This document shows, piece after piece, positions 11,301 to 22,865 of a stretch of 64,000 bases of DNA. Position 1 is the first letter of the stretch, and each line of letters opens with the position of its first letter. Source of the DNA: Macrostomum hystrix (taxonomy: Eukaryota; Animalia; Platyhelminthes). The position numbers and the translations under genes are program-made. The DNA is taken from positions 124,001 to 188,000 of the forward strand of contig CATNEN010000028.1 of NCBI GenBank assembly GCA_950097015.1, in the 5' to 3' direction. Under the pieces are notes generated by a model. It was not told the origin of the DNA. It searched no databases and was given only the letters and a program-made list of their open reading frames with translations.

Positions 11301-14300
11301 TTTCTTGTCGTGAGCCGCCTTCTGTTGCTGCCCGGCGACCACCAGATTCTCCTCGATGAACTCGCGGATCCGGGCCAGTCGCCGCTCCAGCAGCGCTGAG
11401 TAGGTGCCGATGTCGAACTGCCGCTCGCTGCTCTGCACCTTCGGCGGGAGTTGCGGGTCGCGGCCGGTCATCACCGTCAGCGGTGCCACCTTGGTTGAGC
11501 TGTGGACCCTGGAGTTGTAGGACAGGACCACTAACGGCAGCTGCTCCTCCCAGCTGGACTCGGTCTCGGCGAACAGCCTCAGCAGCTGCAGCAGTGACTT
11601 GTTGCCGCGCTCCACTAGTCCGTTTCCCTGCGGATGATACGGCGTGGTGCGCGTTTTCCTGATGCCCAGCGCTTGCAGCGTCTCCTGGAACAGCTCGCTC
11701 TCGAAGTTCGCGCCTTGATCCGAGTGGATGACGGACGGGACTCCAAACAGGGAGAAGACCTTCACTGCAGCATCCACGATGGTTTTGGCGGTCTGATCTG
11801 GCATCGGCACGGCGGTCAGGAACTTGGAAAACTGATCCTGCATCACCAGCAGGTAGCTGTTGCCTCGATCTGATGTCGGCACCTTCAGTACGTCGACCGC
11901 CACCGTCTGCCAGGGCTTGCCGATCGGCATCTCACCGAGTGGGGCTGCGGGCCGGTGCTGCGCTTTTTTCAGCTGGCAGGTCTGGCACTCCTGACAGAAA
12001 CTCACCGCGTCGCTCTGCAGCCCAGGCCAGTACGCGGTCTGCTTCAGAGTGTCGGCCATTTTCTCCGGTCCGAAATGGCCGCCGATGCCCTCGTGGAAGT
12101 CAGTCAGGAACTGACGCTGCAGCAACTCCGGGATCACAGGGACCTCTCTCGGCCCCGCAGCATCATTGAAAACCCGGCAGAGAAGACCGTCTTGAATTCG
12201 TAACTTCCGCCAGATACGGCTGAGGTGTCGCAGTCTGCTGTCGGACCATCTTGGCCGAGTCCCGCTGTCGTTCTGCAGGGCCTCGATGACCAGCTGGAGC
12301 TTCGGATCAGCCCTCTGCGCCTGTCGCAACTCCCGGTTGGACACCTGCGGCTGCAGCTCCGTTGCCGACGACGCTCCGATCGTTTCGCAGTGGCCCTCGT
12401 GCATCCTCGACAGGCCGTCCGCCTCCACGTTGTCGACGCCCTTGGTGTACTTGATGGTAAAGGCGAATTCCTGCAGCAGCAACCGCCAGCGCCCGAGCCG
12501 GCCGTGGCTGTCGACCCGCTGGGAATTCAGAAACGTGAGTGGGCAGTGGTCGGTAAAGACCGTGAAATGCCGACCGAGCAGGTAGTGGCGGTAAGTCTTC
12601 AGCGCGTGCAGGATCGCCAGGCACTCCTTCTCGACGGTTGAATAGCCCTTCTCCGGAGCCGTGAGTGCTCTGCTGCAGTACTCTATCACCTGGTCGCCTT
12701 GCTTGAGCACGATTCCGACTCCGGTGTTGCTGGCATCCGTGTAGAGCTGAAAGTCCTTGGAAAAATCCGGGTGGCCGATGATCGGCGGCTGCTGAAGGGC
12801 CTCTTTGAGCCGTCGAAATGCCGTGCCGCACTCGTCAGTCCACTCGAACTTCTCCGTCTTGCTGGTCAGTCTGTGCAGCGGTCCGGCGATATCGGAGAAA
12901 CTCGGCACGTACTTCCTGTACTGGTTGCAAAGGCCTAGGAACTGCCGCACCTGCGTTGGGGACTGCGGCTCCGGCCACTCTTGGATGGCGTGCACCTTCT
13001 CGGGACTCACAGTGGCACCCTTGGCAGAGAACACGGTGCCGAGAAACGTGACCTCCGGCAGACCCAGCTGGCACTTGCTGCCCCTGACTGTGAGCCCGGC
13101 GCCTCTGATCTTCTCGAACACTTCTCGCAGGTGCTGTAGATGCTCGGCCTTTGACTTGGAGAAGCACAGCGTGTCATCCATGTAGGTGAAGGTTTGCTCG
13201 GCGCCTTTGAACACGCGGTTCATCAGGATGGTGAATGAGCTCGGGCCGCCGCAGACGCCCTGCGGCATCCTCTTGAACTGATAAAGCGGCATGCCGGGCC
13301 CAGGGCTGAAAGCTGTCTTCTGCCTGTCTTCCGGCTTCATCGGGATTTGGAAGTAGCCGCCGTTCAGGTCAATCACCGAGAAGATCTCGTTGCCAGCTAG
13401 CTTGTCCTTGACAAAGTCCATCTGCGGAATGCCCTGCGCCGACCGCACCGTCTTCTTGTTCAGCTCGCGGTAGTCGATCGTCAGCCGCAGGTCTCCGTTC
13501 TTCTTCCGCACGTACACCGGGGGCGCCACGTACGGGCTGTCCGACTCCTCGATGATGTCGTTGTCCAGCAGCTCCTGAATGAGCTTGTTAACCTCAGGTT
13601 CCCAGTGCACCGGCAGCTTTCTTGGAGGAATCCGCACCGGAACATCGTCGATCAGGGGGATGCTGTGCTCGTGGCGATCTGTCAGTCCCGGCCGCCTGGA
13701 GAAGATGTCGCTGAACTCGTGCACCAGGGCTCGGATGTCCGGGTCCTTTACGACAGGCAGGTCGACCTCTTTCGTGCTGAAATCCGGCACGAGCTTCTCT
13801 TCGAGGTCCTCCAGCTGGCTGTCTGCGTCGAGATGGCTCACGCCGTCCATCACGCACGAGCTCTTTGGTGGTGCCTCTGCGCTGTCGCTGAAGTCCAGGC
13901 ACATGTTGCTGGCCTTGATGAAGTCCAGCCCGATGATGACGGCAGCCACCAGGCCTTCCGACACGTAGAACGGGTGCTGCCGCTCGATGCTGCCGAGCGA
14001 CACCGCCAGGCTGGCCACCTGCCGCACCGGCACCGCCTGCTGGTTGACTGCCCGCAGTTCCAGGTGGACGCTTTCCAACTGAACTCGCTGCATTCTCTGA
14101 AGGACCTGCTTGTCCACGATTGATACCTGGCTACCCGAGTCGATCAGCGCCATGACGTCCGCACCTCCGATCTTGCACTGCAGCTTGGATGTTGCCGGGT
14201 TCGGTCTGATAACGACTGCTGCTGCGCTGCTGCCTACTGTGCCTGCGCCGCCCCCCTCTGCGCCCCGGAACAATCCACTCACGCTGGGGCCCGCGCTCAG

Positions 14301-17300
14301 AACTGGCCAGGGTTGCGGGCTCCGCCCCGGCCGTTGCCGTTTCCCGACGGCTTCTTGCAGTTTCTGGCGAGGTGGCCGCGTTGGTTGCAGTTCCAGCAGG
14401 TTACCTCGCGCTGTCTCCTCGCACTGCGAACCGCGCAGGAGTCGGAAGCCTCCGAGCCCAGCTTCGCTGCCAGGTCTTGGACCGTCGCCTGCAGTGAGCT
14501 GACCGCGGCCCTCAGATCTGCGGTCTCGGTGCTGCCGCAAGTAGTTCCGGCTGCCGCCGCGAGGGGCGGCCGGCTTCCATCCGTGGTGGCAGAAGGCAGC
14601 TCCAGTAGCAGTTGTGCCCGCGCAAGGGCGTCGCTTACCGTCTTGACTGACGCGTCGGCTCTGATTTGCCTGCTGACATCCGCTGGCAGTCCGCGGATGA
14701 AGTGATGGGTCAGCATGGTGTCTGTGGCGTTCTTGTTGCTAACGCCAGCGTCCTTGAGCAGCTGCTTCAGGTGATAGAGAAACAGACGAGGAGGCTCCCC
14801 AGGCAGCAGCTTCCGGCTCTCAAATGCCTCCAGCGCTAAGAAGTGCTGGCTTTCTGGGTGAAATGCCTCGGTCAGTGCATGGGTAACCTGACTGTAGTCG
14901 CTCTTATCCTTGTCACCGAGCTCAAGGAAGACCGCCAGAGCCCCACCATCCAGAAACGTTGGCAGATGCAAGTGCTTATCATTTGTCCACTTGTTGGCTG
15001 CCGCACACAGCTCAAACCGCTGCAGCCACTCCTTAAAGTTTCCAGAGCTAAAAGTTCTCGGAATCGCGCGATGACTGCCCTCTGCCATTCTGAGCTCTGC
15101 TACCACTTGTAACACGCGGTGTTTGGCGGTGTGAAACCAGATTCTACGAAGGCCCCGTGAGGCCGTGCTTGTTGTATTTATGTCAGTTGCGATTACGTAA
15201 TCAGCGATGTACAGTAATGAACGATGTTAAACGAACGAACAGCAAATACGATAGAATGATTCAGCAAATTATTAGAAAGATTGTTAACATTCAAAAACTG
15301 CCTCAAAGGCTAGGAATAAAAACCATTACAAACGGAACACATGTACCAGAAACACATCTGTGACGCTCATTCAACGGAACACATTTACCAGAAACACATC
15401 TGTGACGCTCATTCAATGGAACACATGTACCAGAAACACATCTATGACGCTCATTCAACGGAACACATGTACCAGAAACACATCTGTGACGCTCATTCAA
15501 CGGAACACATGTACCTGACACACATGAGTGTTTTCTCCGTGACTTAAATTAACTATGACTTAGTGCAATGTGTACCGACCTTCTTACGCTTGCCCTCGTC
15601 GTTAAGCAGAAAGGCAGCTACATAAGGAGTGAAAATCGCCGTGTAGATGACCAGCACAAGGATGAACCAGTCCCATACAGCCTTGAATGGCGAATAGTGC
15701 AGTATAGTGCAGCTGTGCACACTAGGTGACTGCAGCTTGTACTCTGGCAGAGCTTCCGAGCCCAGCGACAACATCTGGAACGCCAGGTATTCAGCCTCAC
15801 ATAAAATATGAAACGAACATTCCAAATTCACATCAACCGACATGCTTTCAAGATAGACACATCAGCTGTCATGCCGTTTATGATATCAATTATTTGATAT
15901 CTCGTGACGCATGCAATTGCATATGAACAGAAGAATTAAAGTCAATTTAGCGCTCCGCAGACTCAACACCAATTGCTTTTGAGAAGTTTCAAATCAAGAG
16001 AAAAGAGACAGTCAATCAAGGCAGTTTTGTCCTGCAGGCACTGAGAACTTACGCGATCAAATTCATTTTCGTAGTCGATTTCGTTCTGCCAAATCTGATA
16101 TTCGTTTGATCGTTCCAGTTATATGCATATCTTTTTGGATCTGAACAAGATGGAGCTTGATTTGAGCTTGATATAAACTCTGGGAAATAACCAAGTTGCC
16201 AAGTTTGGCAACACAGTTTTTTACTATGTTCCGATTGGCTATTCGAGTCGAAATAGCCTCAGCCATCCCAGTGCAAAACTCACATGAGCCACCCGCTCAG
16301 TGACATTGTGACGCAAAGGAGTTGCTGTAGGCGAGAAGCTGACGCTCTGATGTCTATGGCTAAAAGTGCCCACAGCGGAGCCCGAATTTGCGGGCACAAA
16401 TAGGCGCCCGGACTCCATCGATTTCGCTTCAAAGCTGTGCCGTCTCGAGCGAAAAATGTTTTCCACTTCACCTGCAAAATCAGCGATTGGTGGCGATACA
16501 GTCATAGCCAGCCATTGCTAATCATTCATCACTTTGTCATGGTACTCACCTGCGTCATCGAATCTCGCCGACAAGTCTAAACCTTCGAAGCTGGGGCTCA
16601 GCGATAGCAGGCTCTCCGCGCACTGATCATTCGGCATCAGCGGGATCAAGCCTCCGCCGTTTCCGCCACCGCCGTTGCCGCCGCCGGCCCCTCCACCGAC
16701 TCTACCCAGTGCACTGCCGACCGATCCAAAAATAGCCTCATTGGCGCCTCCAAGAATGGGCACCGTCGTGGCTACGTCTGAGGACGCCGCCATCGTTGAG
16801 AAGAAGCCGCCGCTACCGCTGCCACCAGTGATTCCGTCAGTGCCGAACGAGTCGTCCCGACGGAGATGCATCCCGGCTAGAGCCGCGCGAACCATGCCGC
16901 GGAAGGTGTCGCCAAGGCCCAGACTCCCTGGGAGAATGGGCATCGAGTTTTGATGATGGCAACTGTCACTATACACACTGGCACAATGTCCTTATCTTGC
17001 TGGCTTCAAAGCGGCAACTGCAGAAGCTTCGAAGGAGAGCTTTTGCTCCATCGGTCAGAGCTTTGGTGTATGCTTGAGCCAAGGACACTGCTACATTTTA
17101 TATTATGGCAGCCTTGGTAGTTTTACATAACACTGTACATTCAAAACTATGTCCGTTGCAAATATGCCGTATGTTTGTTTCTGATTTCCTTGTTTGGATT
17201 AGTTTTTTTTGTTTGGTAGTGCCATATGTTAGTACAGTATGTACTTTAGTTTCTTGTGTCTGCTTCATTGCGGCAGCCCGCCCTCTGCTGTTGTCTATGG

Positions 17301-20300
17301 TCATATTCCATAGATATGCACTGCGGGCGGGCCGTGAAATGCGTTTCACGCCCGCTGACTACAACACCAATATTGATGGGCTGCAGAGGGCTGAAACGAG
17401 GTAAAACGTTGAGGCGCGTAGCGTTTCACCTGATTTCAGCCCGAGTATATTGCAACGTCCTGTGTTGTTTAGTAGTCCTTGGCTTGAGCAAGACACTAAT
17501 AATAATAATAAGACACTTAATTTCCCTAGTGCTTTAGTTTATCTAGCTCTAGAATGGCTACCAGCATAAGCTGGGGTAGAGATTCGAGTGGGTGTTGCGC
17601 CCCAGTCCACGGACTGAACAGCTGTGCTTACGGAAATACCGCGCAATAACTATTCAAAGCCAATTGGGCTTGGTGTAGTTGTTATCTGTAAAGCTGACAG
17701 GTTCGTGCGATTGTGAAAGAGGTTTGATGGAATCTGGCATGTCATGGGACTATCATAGAAAGATGTGAATCTCACATCATATTAGCAGAATTACAGAATG
17801 CGCATGATCCAAGTAAGAAAGCTGCCAAACTTTTTGATGTTTTCTTAAAAATAGACGAGCTGGAAGCACATTAATTTTAAAGTTTCCGAACTGCCAGGTC
17901 CTTACCTGTGCCCGTCTATTATTTTGTAGGTGTCCCCATCTAATCCTAGCTTTTTCTTTTCCTCCCCCTGTCATCTTCGCTGACAGCGTCGCTGTCCTCA
18001 GCATCGATTAATAACCCTCCCTGTGCCTGTCATTAACTTATTTTGAACTTCTCAACAACTTCCAAACATTTTTCCTGGCCCAAACCTCCCTCTGTGAATA
18101 TTACTCACGTGCGTGACATAGACATTGACAAAATGTTGAGTCTCATTTATCACTTCCTGATACGGGCACTGATTTAGCAAGTCAAATCAAGCAACTAGAA
18201 AATTTCCCAATCTCTTAGAAGAAAATATAATAAGAAGAGAAATCCAGAATTTTGTGACATTTCATTCTTTTTGTTTTGGGCTTGGGTGCCGTTTCGTGGA
18301 TTTGTCAAGCTTCACGTTTCGTATGACGTTTCGAGCTTTTGAGATGTTTTGACGATTGTGTGATGTTTCGAGTTTTTGAGATGTTTTATAGGATTGCGTG
18401 GCGTTTCGAGTTTTTGAGACGTTTTGACGATTGCGTGACGTTTCGAGTTTTTGAGACGTTTTAATGATTGCGTGGCGTTTCGAGTTTTTGAGACGTTTTA
18501 ACGATTGCGTGACGTTTCGAGTTTTTTTAGACGTTTTTTATGATTGCGTGACGTTTCGAGGTTTTGAGACGTTTTTTATGATTGCGTGACGTTTCGAGGT
18601 TTTGAGACGTTTTGACGATTGCGTGACGCTTCAAGTTTTTGAGACGTTTTGACGATTGTGCGACGTTTCGAGCTTTTGAGAAGTTTTGACGATTGTGTGA
18701 CGTTTCGTTTTTTCTGTCGTTTCGTGTTTGTGTGACGTTTAGAGTTTTTGTGTGACTTTTTTAGGACGTCTCGAAATTCTTGGATGCTTCGCATCTTGTT
18801 TCGTTCTCTAGCCCTATTTTCAAACTTGTTGCAGCTTAGAAAAAGTTTTAAATCCTTGGCTTTTATGGGCTCAGAAAATTAAAAAGCACTCATTAAATCT
18901 GAAATTTCTCTACAGAGCCAAGCTCAGTAAGCATAGCACTCGTTGTCTCAGGAGTGTCAACGCTAGTTGGTGCTAACGTACTCAATTCCCTACCCTGGAC
19001 GAAGACTAAGCAGGGGTCTGCGCGGAATGAGAGAGAGAAATGGAGAAAAAACTGCCAAATATCCTAGTCCGTATTTCATTTCCCCAGCCTTCAAGCTGAT
19101 TTTGAGGGCTCGGGGCGGAGTTGCTGTGGGTTGCTAGGAAGGGCGAAAATCGCATTTCGCTGCTGGCCACGCAGCGGAGAAAGCTATGGGATATTTCGGA
19201 CTGGAGCAGTGTGGGAAATTTATCCCCGCACTGTTGTGGAGATTCGTCATTTGATTTTCCTGCTTACACCAGAAGTAAACAATATTCAGACAAATGCTAG
19301 TTCCATTGTGATTGAATCTTCAGTACACTCACTCGACTTTCGACTTTTTGTCGGTTTTAAATTATTTTTTGTGCTATTCGTTTAGAGGATCGATCGACTT
19401 GACTTTTCAATTTAAATTAGAATGAACGAGTTGTACTCAAATATATATTAGTAGTAAGCCTCTGCAGCTCCATATGTTAGGGGTCTTAAGGTGTCCTGAG
19501 CAAGATACTTAATTCCCCATTGCTTCGGTTCACCTAGCTGGGTTTGGCAATTCACCAGTCCGTGGACTGAAAAGCAGTTGTACATAGCTTTTTAGAGGCG
19601 CCCGCAATAGCAGCGGCTGTGCAATTGGCTGCTCATCTCGTTCAACTTGTTTGAGTGTAGCTTCTGTTCATATTTTATTTTCTTGTACCACTACCGTTGA
19701 CTTAGTTTGCCATTTTATCATGGAATATAATCATCCAGATAGCTATGGAGTTGCTTTATCATTTTTTAAGAAAACAATTGCAATGGGCTTTTGCACAAGC
19801 TCAACAGAGAAAAAGGAAACAGAATAGGAAACTATTAGGAAAGAGTCTAGCTTGTGACTGCAGAAAATTAGTTCTCCTTTGTCTACTCTCCTGCGGCGAA
19901 GCAACAATAGCTGCTGTTTCAGGTTTGCCGAGTCCCGTGGTACTTTTTGAGCACCAGTAATTTAGACAAAATGCATCTGACATGCCTTTAGGTTGCTCTA
20001 AACTTAAAGGTAGTAAAAAGGATGGAAAAATAAAAAAGCAAAAGGACCTGCTCACTGCCGTGGTTGAATGATCTTCCTTCAATCTGGGCAACTGCGGATC
20101 TTAATCTAGACTCTTGAAGAAGTTGGGACAATCAGTCACTTGGTCAGATGATGGATCACAGATTTCTTCCACTGTCTTTGTAACTCAAGTGAATCTTTGA
20201 TCGTTATCTTCAGTTCGTGTCTCATCGCTCAGGAAGCTCAAAATTAAAAAGGAACATCATGTACTTTTATTCCCTCTCCAAAGAGAATGAATGCCCCCAC

Positions 20301-22617
20301 CCAAGGCCGAATCTTACTCAAGCTTGTCTCCAACAGACATTCGGATATTTGGAATCTGAGAATTGGAAATTTGAGGCGCCTTATGAGGGGATAAAGCAGA
20401 AAGACTTTGCTAAACATATTGTTTGAGACGCGGAGTTTTAGGCACTCTATGCATATTTCATGACATTTTTGACATCGCTGGTGCCGCTGACAGGTTTTTA
20501 GCTGCAGTATTGTCTGTCAAGTGTCCTTGAGGAATCCGACTGTTCATTTCTAGCACAATGAGACGACATTCTGGAAAATCTATTGCCAACCTGATTAAAA
20601 AATTAGCTTGGCCATGCTTCAACTACAAAGTTGAGGGTCCGACACTCACAATAATGTCCCTGAGCACGAAGCCGAGATAAAGTGGCATGCATTTTCGGCG
20701 GAATGAGTTCTGGTGTGCTGTATTTTACCTTTTGTTTTATTTTAGCTTCTTTTGAACTGATTATTACACTTTTAGCTTCAAACTGGCAGCTAAAATGAGT
20801 TGGGAGTGAATCTTGGTGCACTTCTTAGTGTTTGAAATGCTTCTTAAGTAAAGTAGCAGCTAGTAACACCAATATCTCTCACAAAAGCTGAATTGTCATT
20901 CCGTTCAGTCAATCGCAGTTCTCTCCATTTTTGTCTTCTGTCTGTCTTGGAATTGAGTGAAAAGTTGCTGCCTCTGAAACGTCATTTTCTTGTTCAGAAG
21001 TTTATAGAGAAATATAGAGGAAGATTTTCCGCTCCGCTAAGCATAGCCCGTGTCCTTCCCAGCCCTGTCCTAGCAACCCCATCTAATTTCACCTCATCAG
21101 ATCCCAATGCTGGAAAGAGATGTCAGGAGTGTTCGGAGCCTTCTCATGCTGCTGCTGCTGCTGCTGCTGCTGCTACCGAAAAATGGCCAGCAAGGGTGGG
21201 CACAAGTTCTCCCAGGAGGAGAAGGCTGGGCAGAAGGTCGGGCAGGGGGGACGGTGGCGCGTGCGGAGATAAACGAGAGACTTCGAGTCGCAGCCGGGGG
21301 TGCAGGCACAATCTACTTGTCCTTCTCTGAGGCACCCGCGAGCTTCACCGCCCGGCCTTCTCCCTCTAAGCCAAGCCCGGCGCCTGCCCTTTCCAGCTCA
21401 TTTGCAATCACGCGATCTTCGACATGAGAGAAGTGGACAAGCCAGCCAGGCCTCTAATATAAACTGTATTAAATTAAAGAGCTCCCTGCACGCAATGGCC
21501 GAGAATTGGAGTGCCCACCTCTTCTGCATGGAGTATTGCAGAAATGACATGTCTTCTGTTGCTTTTGCTAGATAAACAGCGATATTTACAGATAGGGGCC
21601 TGCTGCCGGACTCGCTGAATTACCGGACCATGTCATTCTAGCCCGAAATTCATCTCTTAGTGAATAGCAGAATCAGCTGCCAACATTTGGTAGGATTTGC
21701 TTTAGGATTCGCATTCCATTCTAATCCTTCTCTTGGTAGTTATAGATTAGCAATCCATTCTAATCCTTCTCTTCGTAGTTATAGATTAGCAATCCATTCT
21801 AATCCTTCTCTTGGTAGTTATAGATTAGCAATCCATTCTAATCCTTCTCTTGGTAGTTATAGATTAGCAATCCATTCTAATCCTTCTCTTGGTAGTTATA
21901 GATTCGCAATCCATTCTAATCCTTCTCTTGGTGGTTATAGATTCGCAATCCATTCTAATCCTTCTCTTGGTAGTTATAGATTAGCAATCCATTCTAATCC
22001 TTCTCTTGGTAGTTATAGATTAGCAATCCATTCTAATCCTTCTCTTGGTAGTTATAGATTAGCAATCCATTCTAATCCTTCTCTTGGTAGTTATAGATTA
22101 GCAATCCATTCTAATCCTTCTCTTGGTAGTTATAGATTAGCAATCCATTCTAATCCTTCTCTTGGTAGTTATAGATTAGCAATCCATTCTAATCCTTCTC
22201 TTGGTAGTTATAGATTAGCAATCCATTCTAATCCTTCTCCTGGAAGCTATTGATTAGCAATCCATTCTAATCCTTCTCCTGGAAGTTATAGATTAGCAAT
22301 TCATGTTGCACAAGTGCTGCCCATTTGCTTGTGGACATTGGATTTCTACTCGAAGAAACCCGAACTGACCTCAAAGGGCAAGTCAATCAGCTTCTTTGCC
22401 GCACCTCGAACCAACTCGTGCCAATTAATCCCCTGGAGCCAGAAAATTCTTGGGATCCAAACGTATGATTGGAGTAAATTACCTGCCTGATTAGAAATCA
22501 CTTTCTAAATTCATCTTCGGGACGCAAAATGCGTGCTAATGAACTTGCTCAGAAAAACTGGAGTTCAACGATAGATAGATAGATAGTTGGATTGATAGAT
22601 AGTTGATAGTTAGATAT

Positions 22618-22685
<68 letters not shown>

Positions 22686-22686
22686 T

Positions 22687-22785
<99 letters not shown>

Positions 22786-22810
22786 TTAGATAGATATATA
22801 GATAGATAGT

Positions 22811-22865
<55 letters not shown>

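Larger units (their letters stand above)
10619..15330 (-). mobile_element. Full-length young Ty3/Gypsy LTR retrotransposon (4712 bp)
   Basis: 223-bp LTRs at 10619-10841 and 15108-15330 differ at one position (10836 G vs 15325 A) and have TGTAA..TTACA ends. 4-bp TSD AACG (10615-10618, 15331-15334). PBS TGGTAGCAGAG is complementary to the tRNA-iMet 3' end and lies just inside the 5' LTR. PPT GGGGAGAAA abuts the 3' LTR. Confidence 0.98.

Noticed and set aside
11058-14705. Numerous overlapping and antisense ORFs across the retrotransposon
   Set aside because: Expected by-products of GC-rich pol codon usage; no env-like or other recognisable product.
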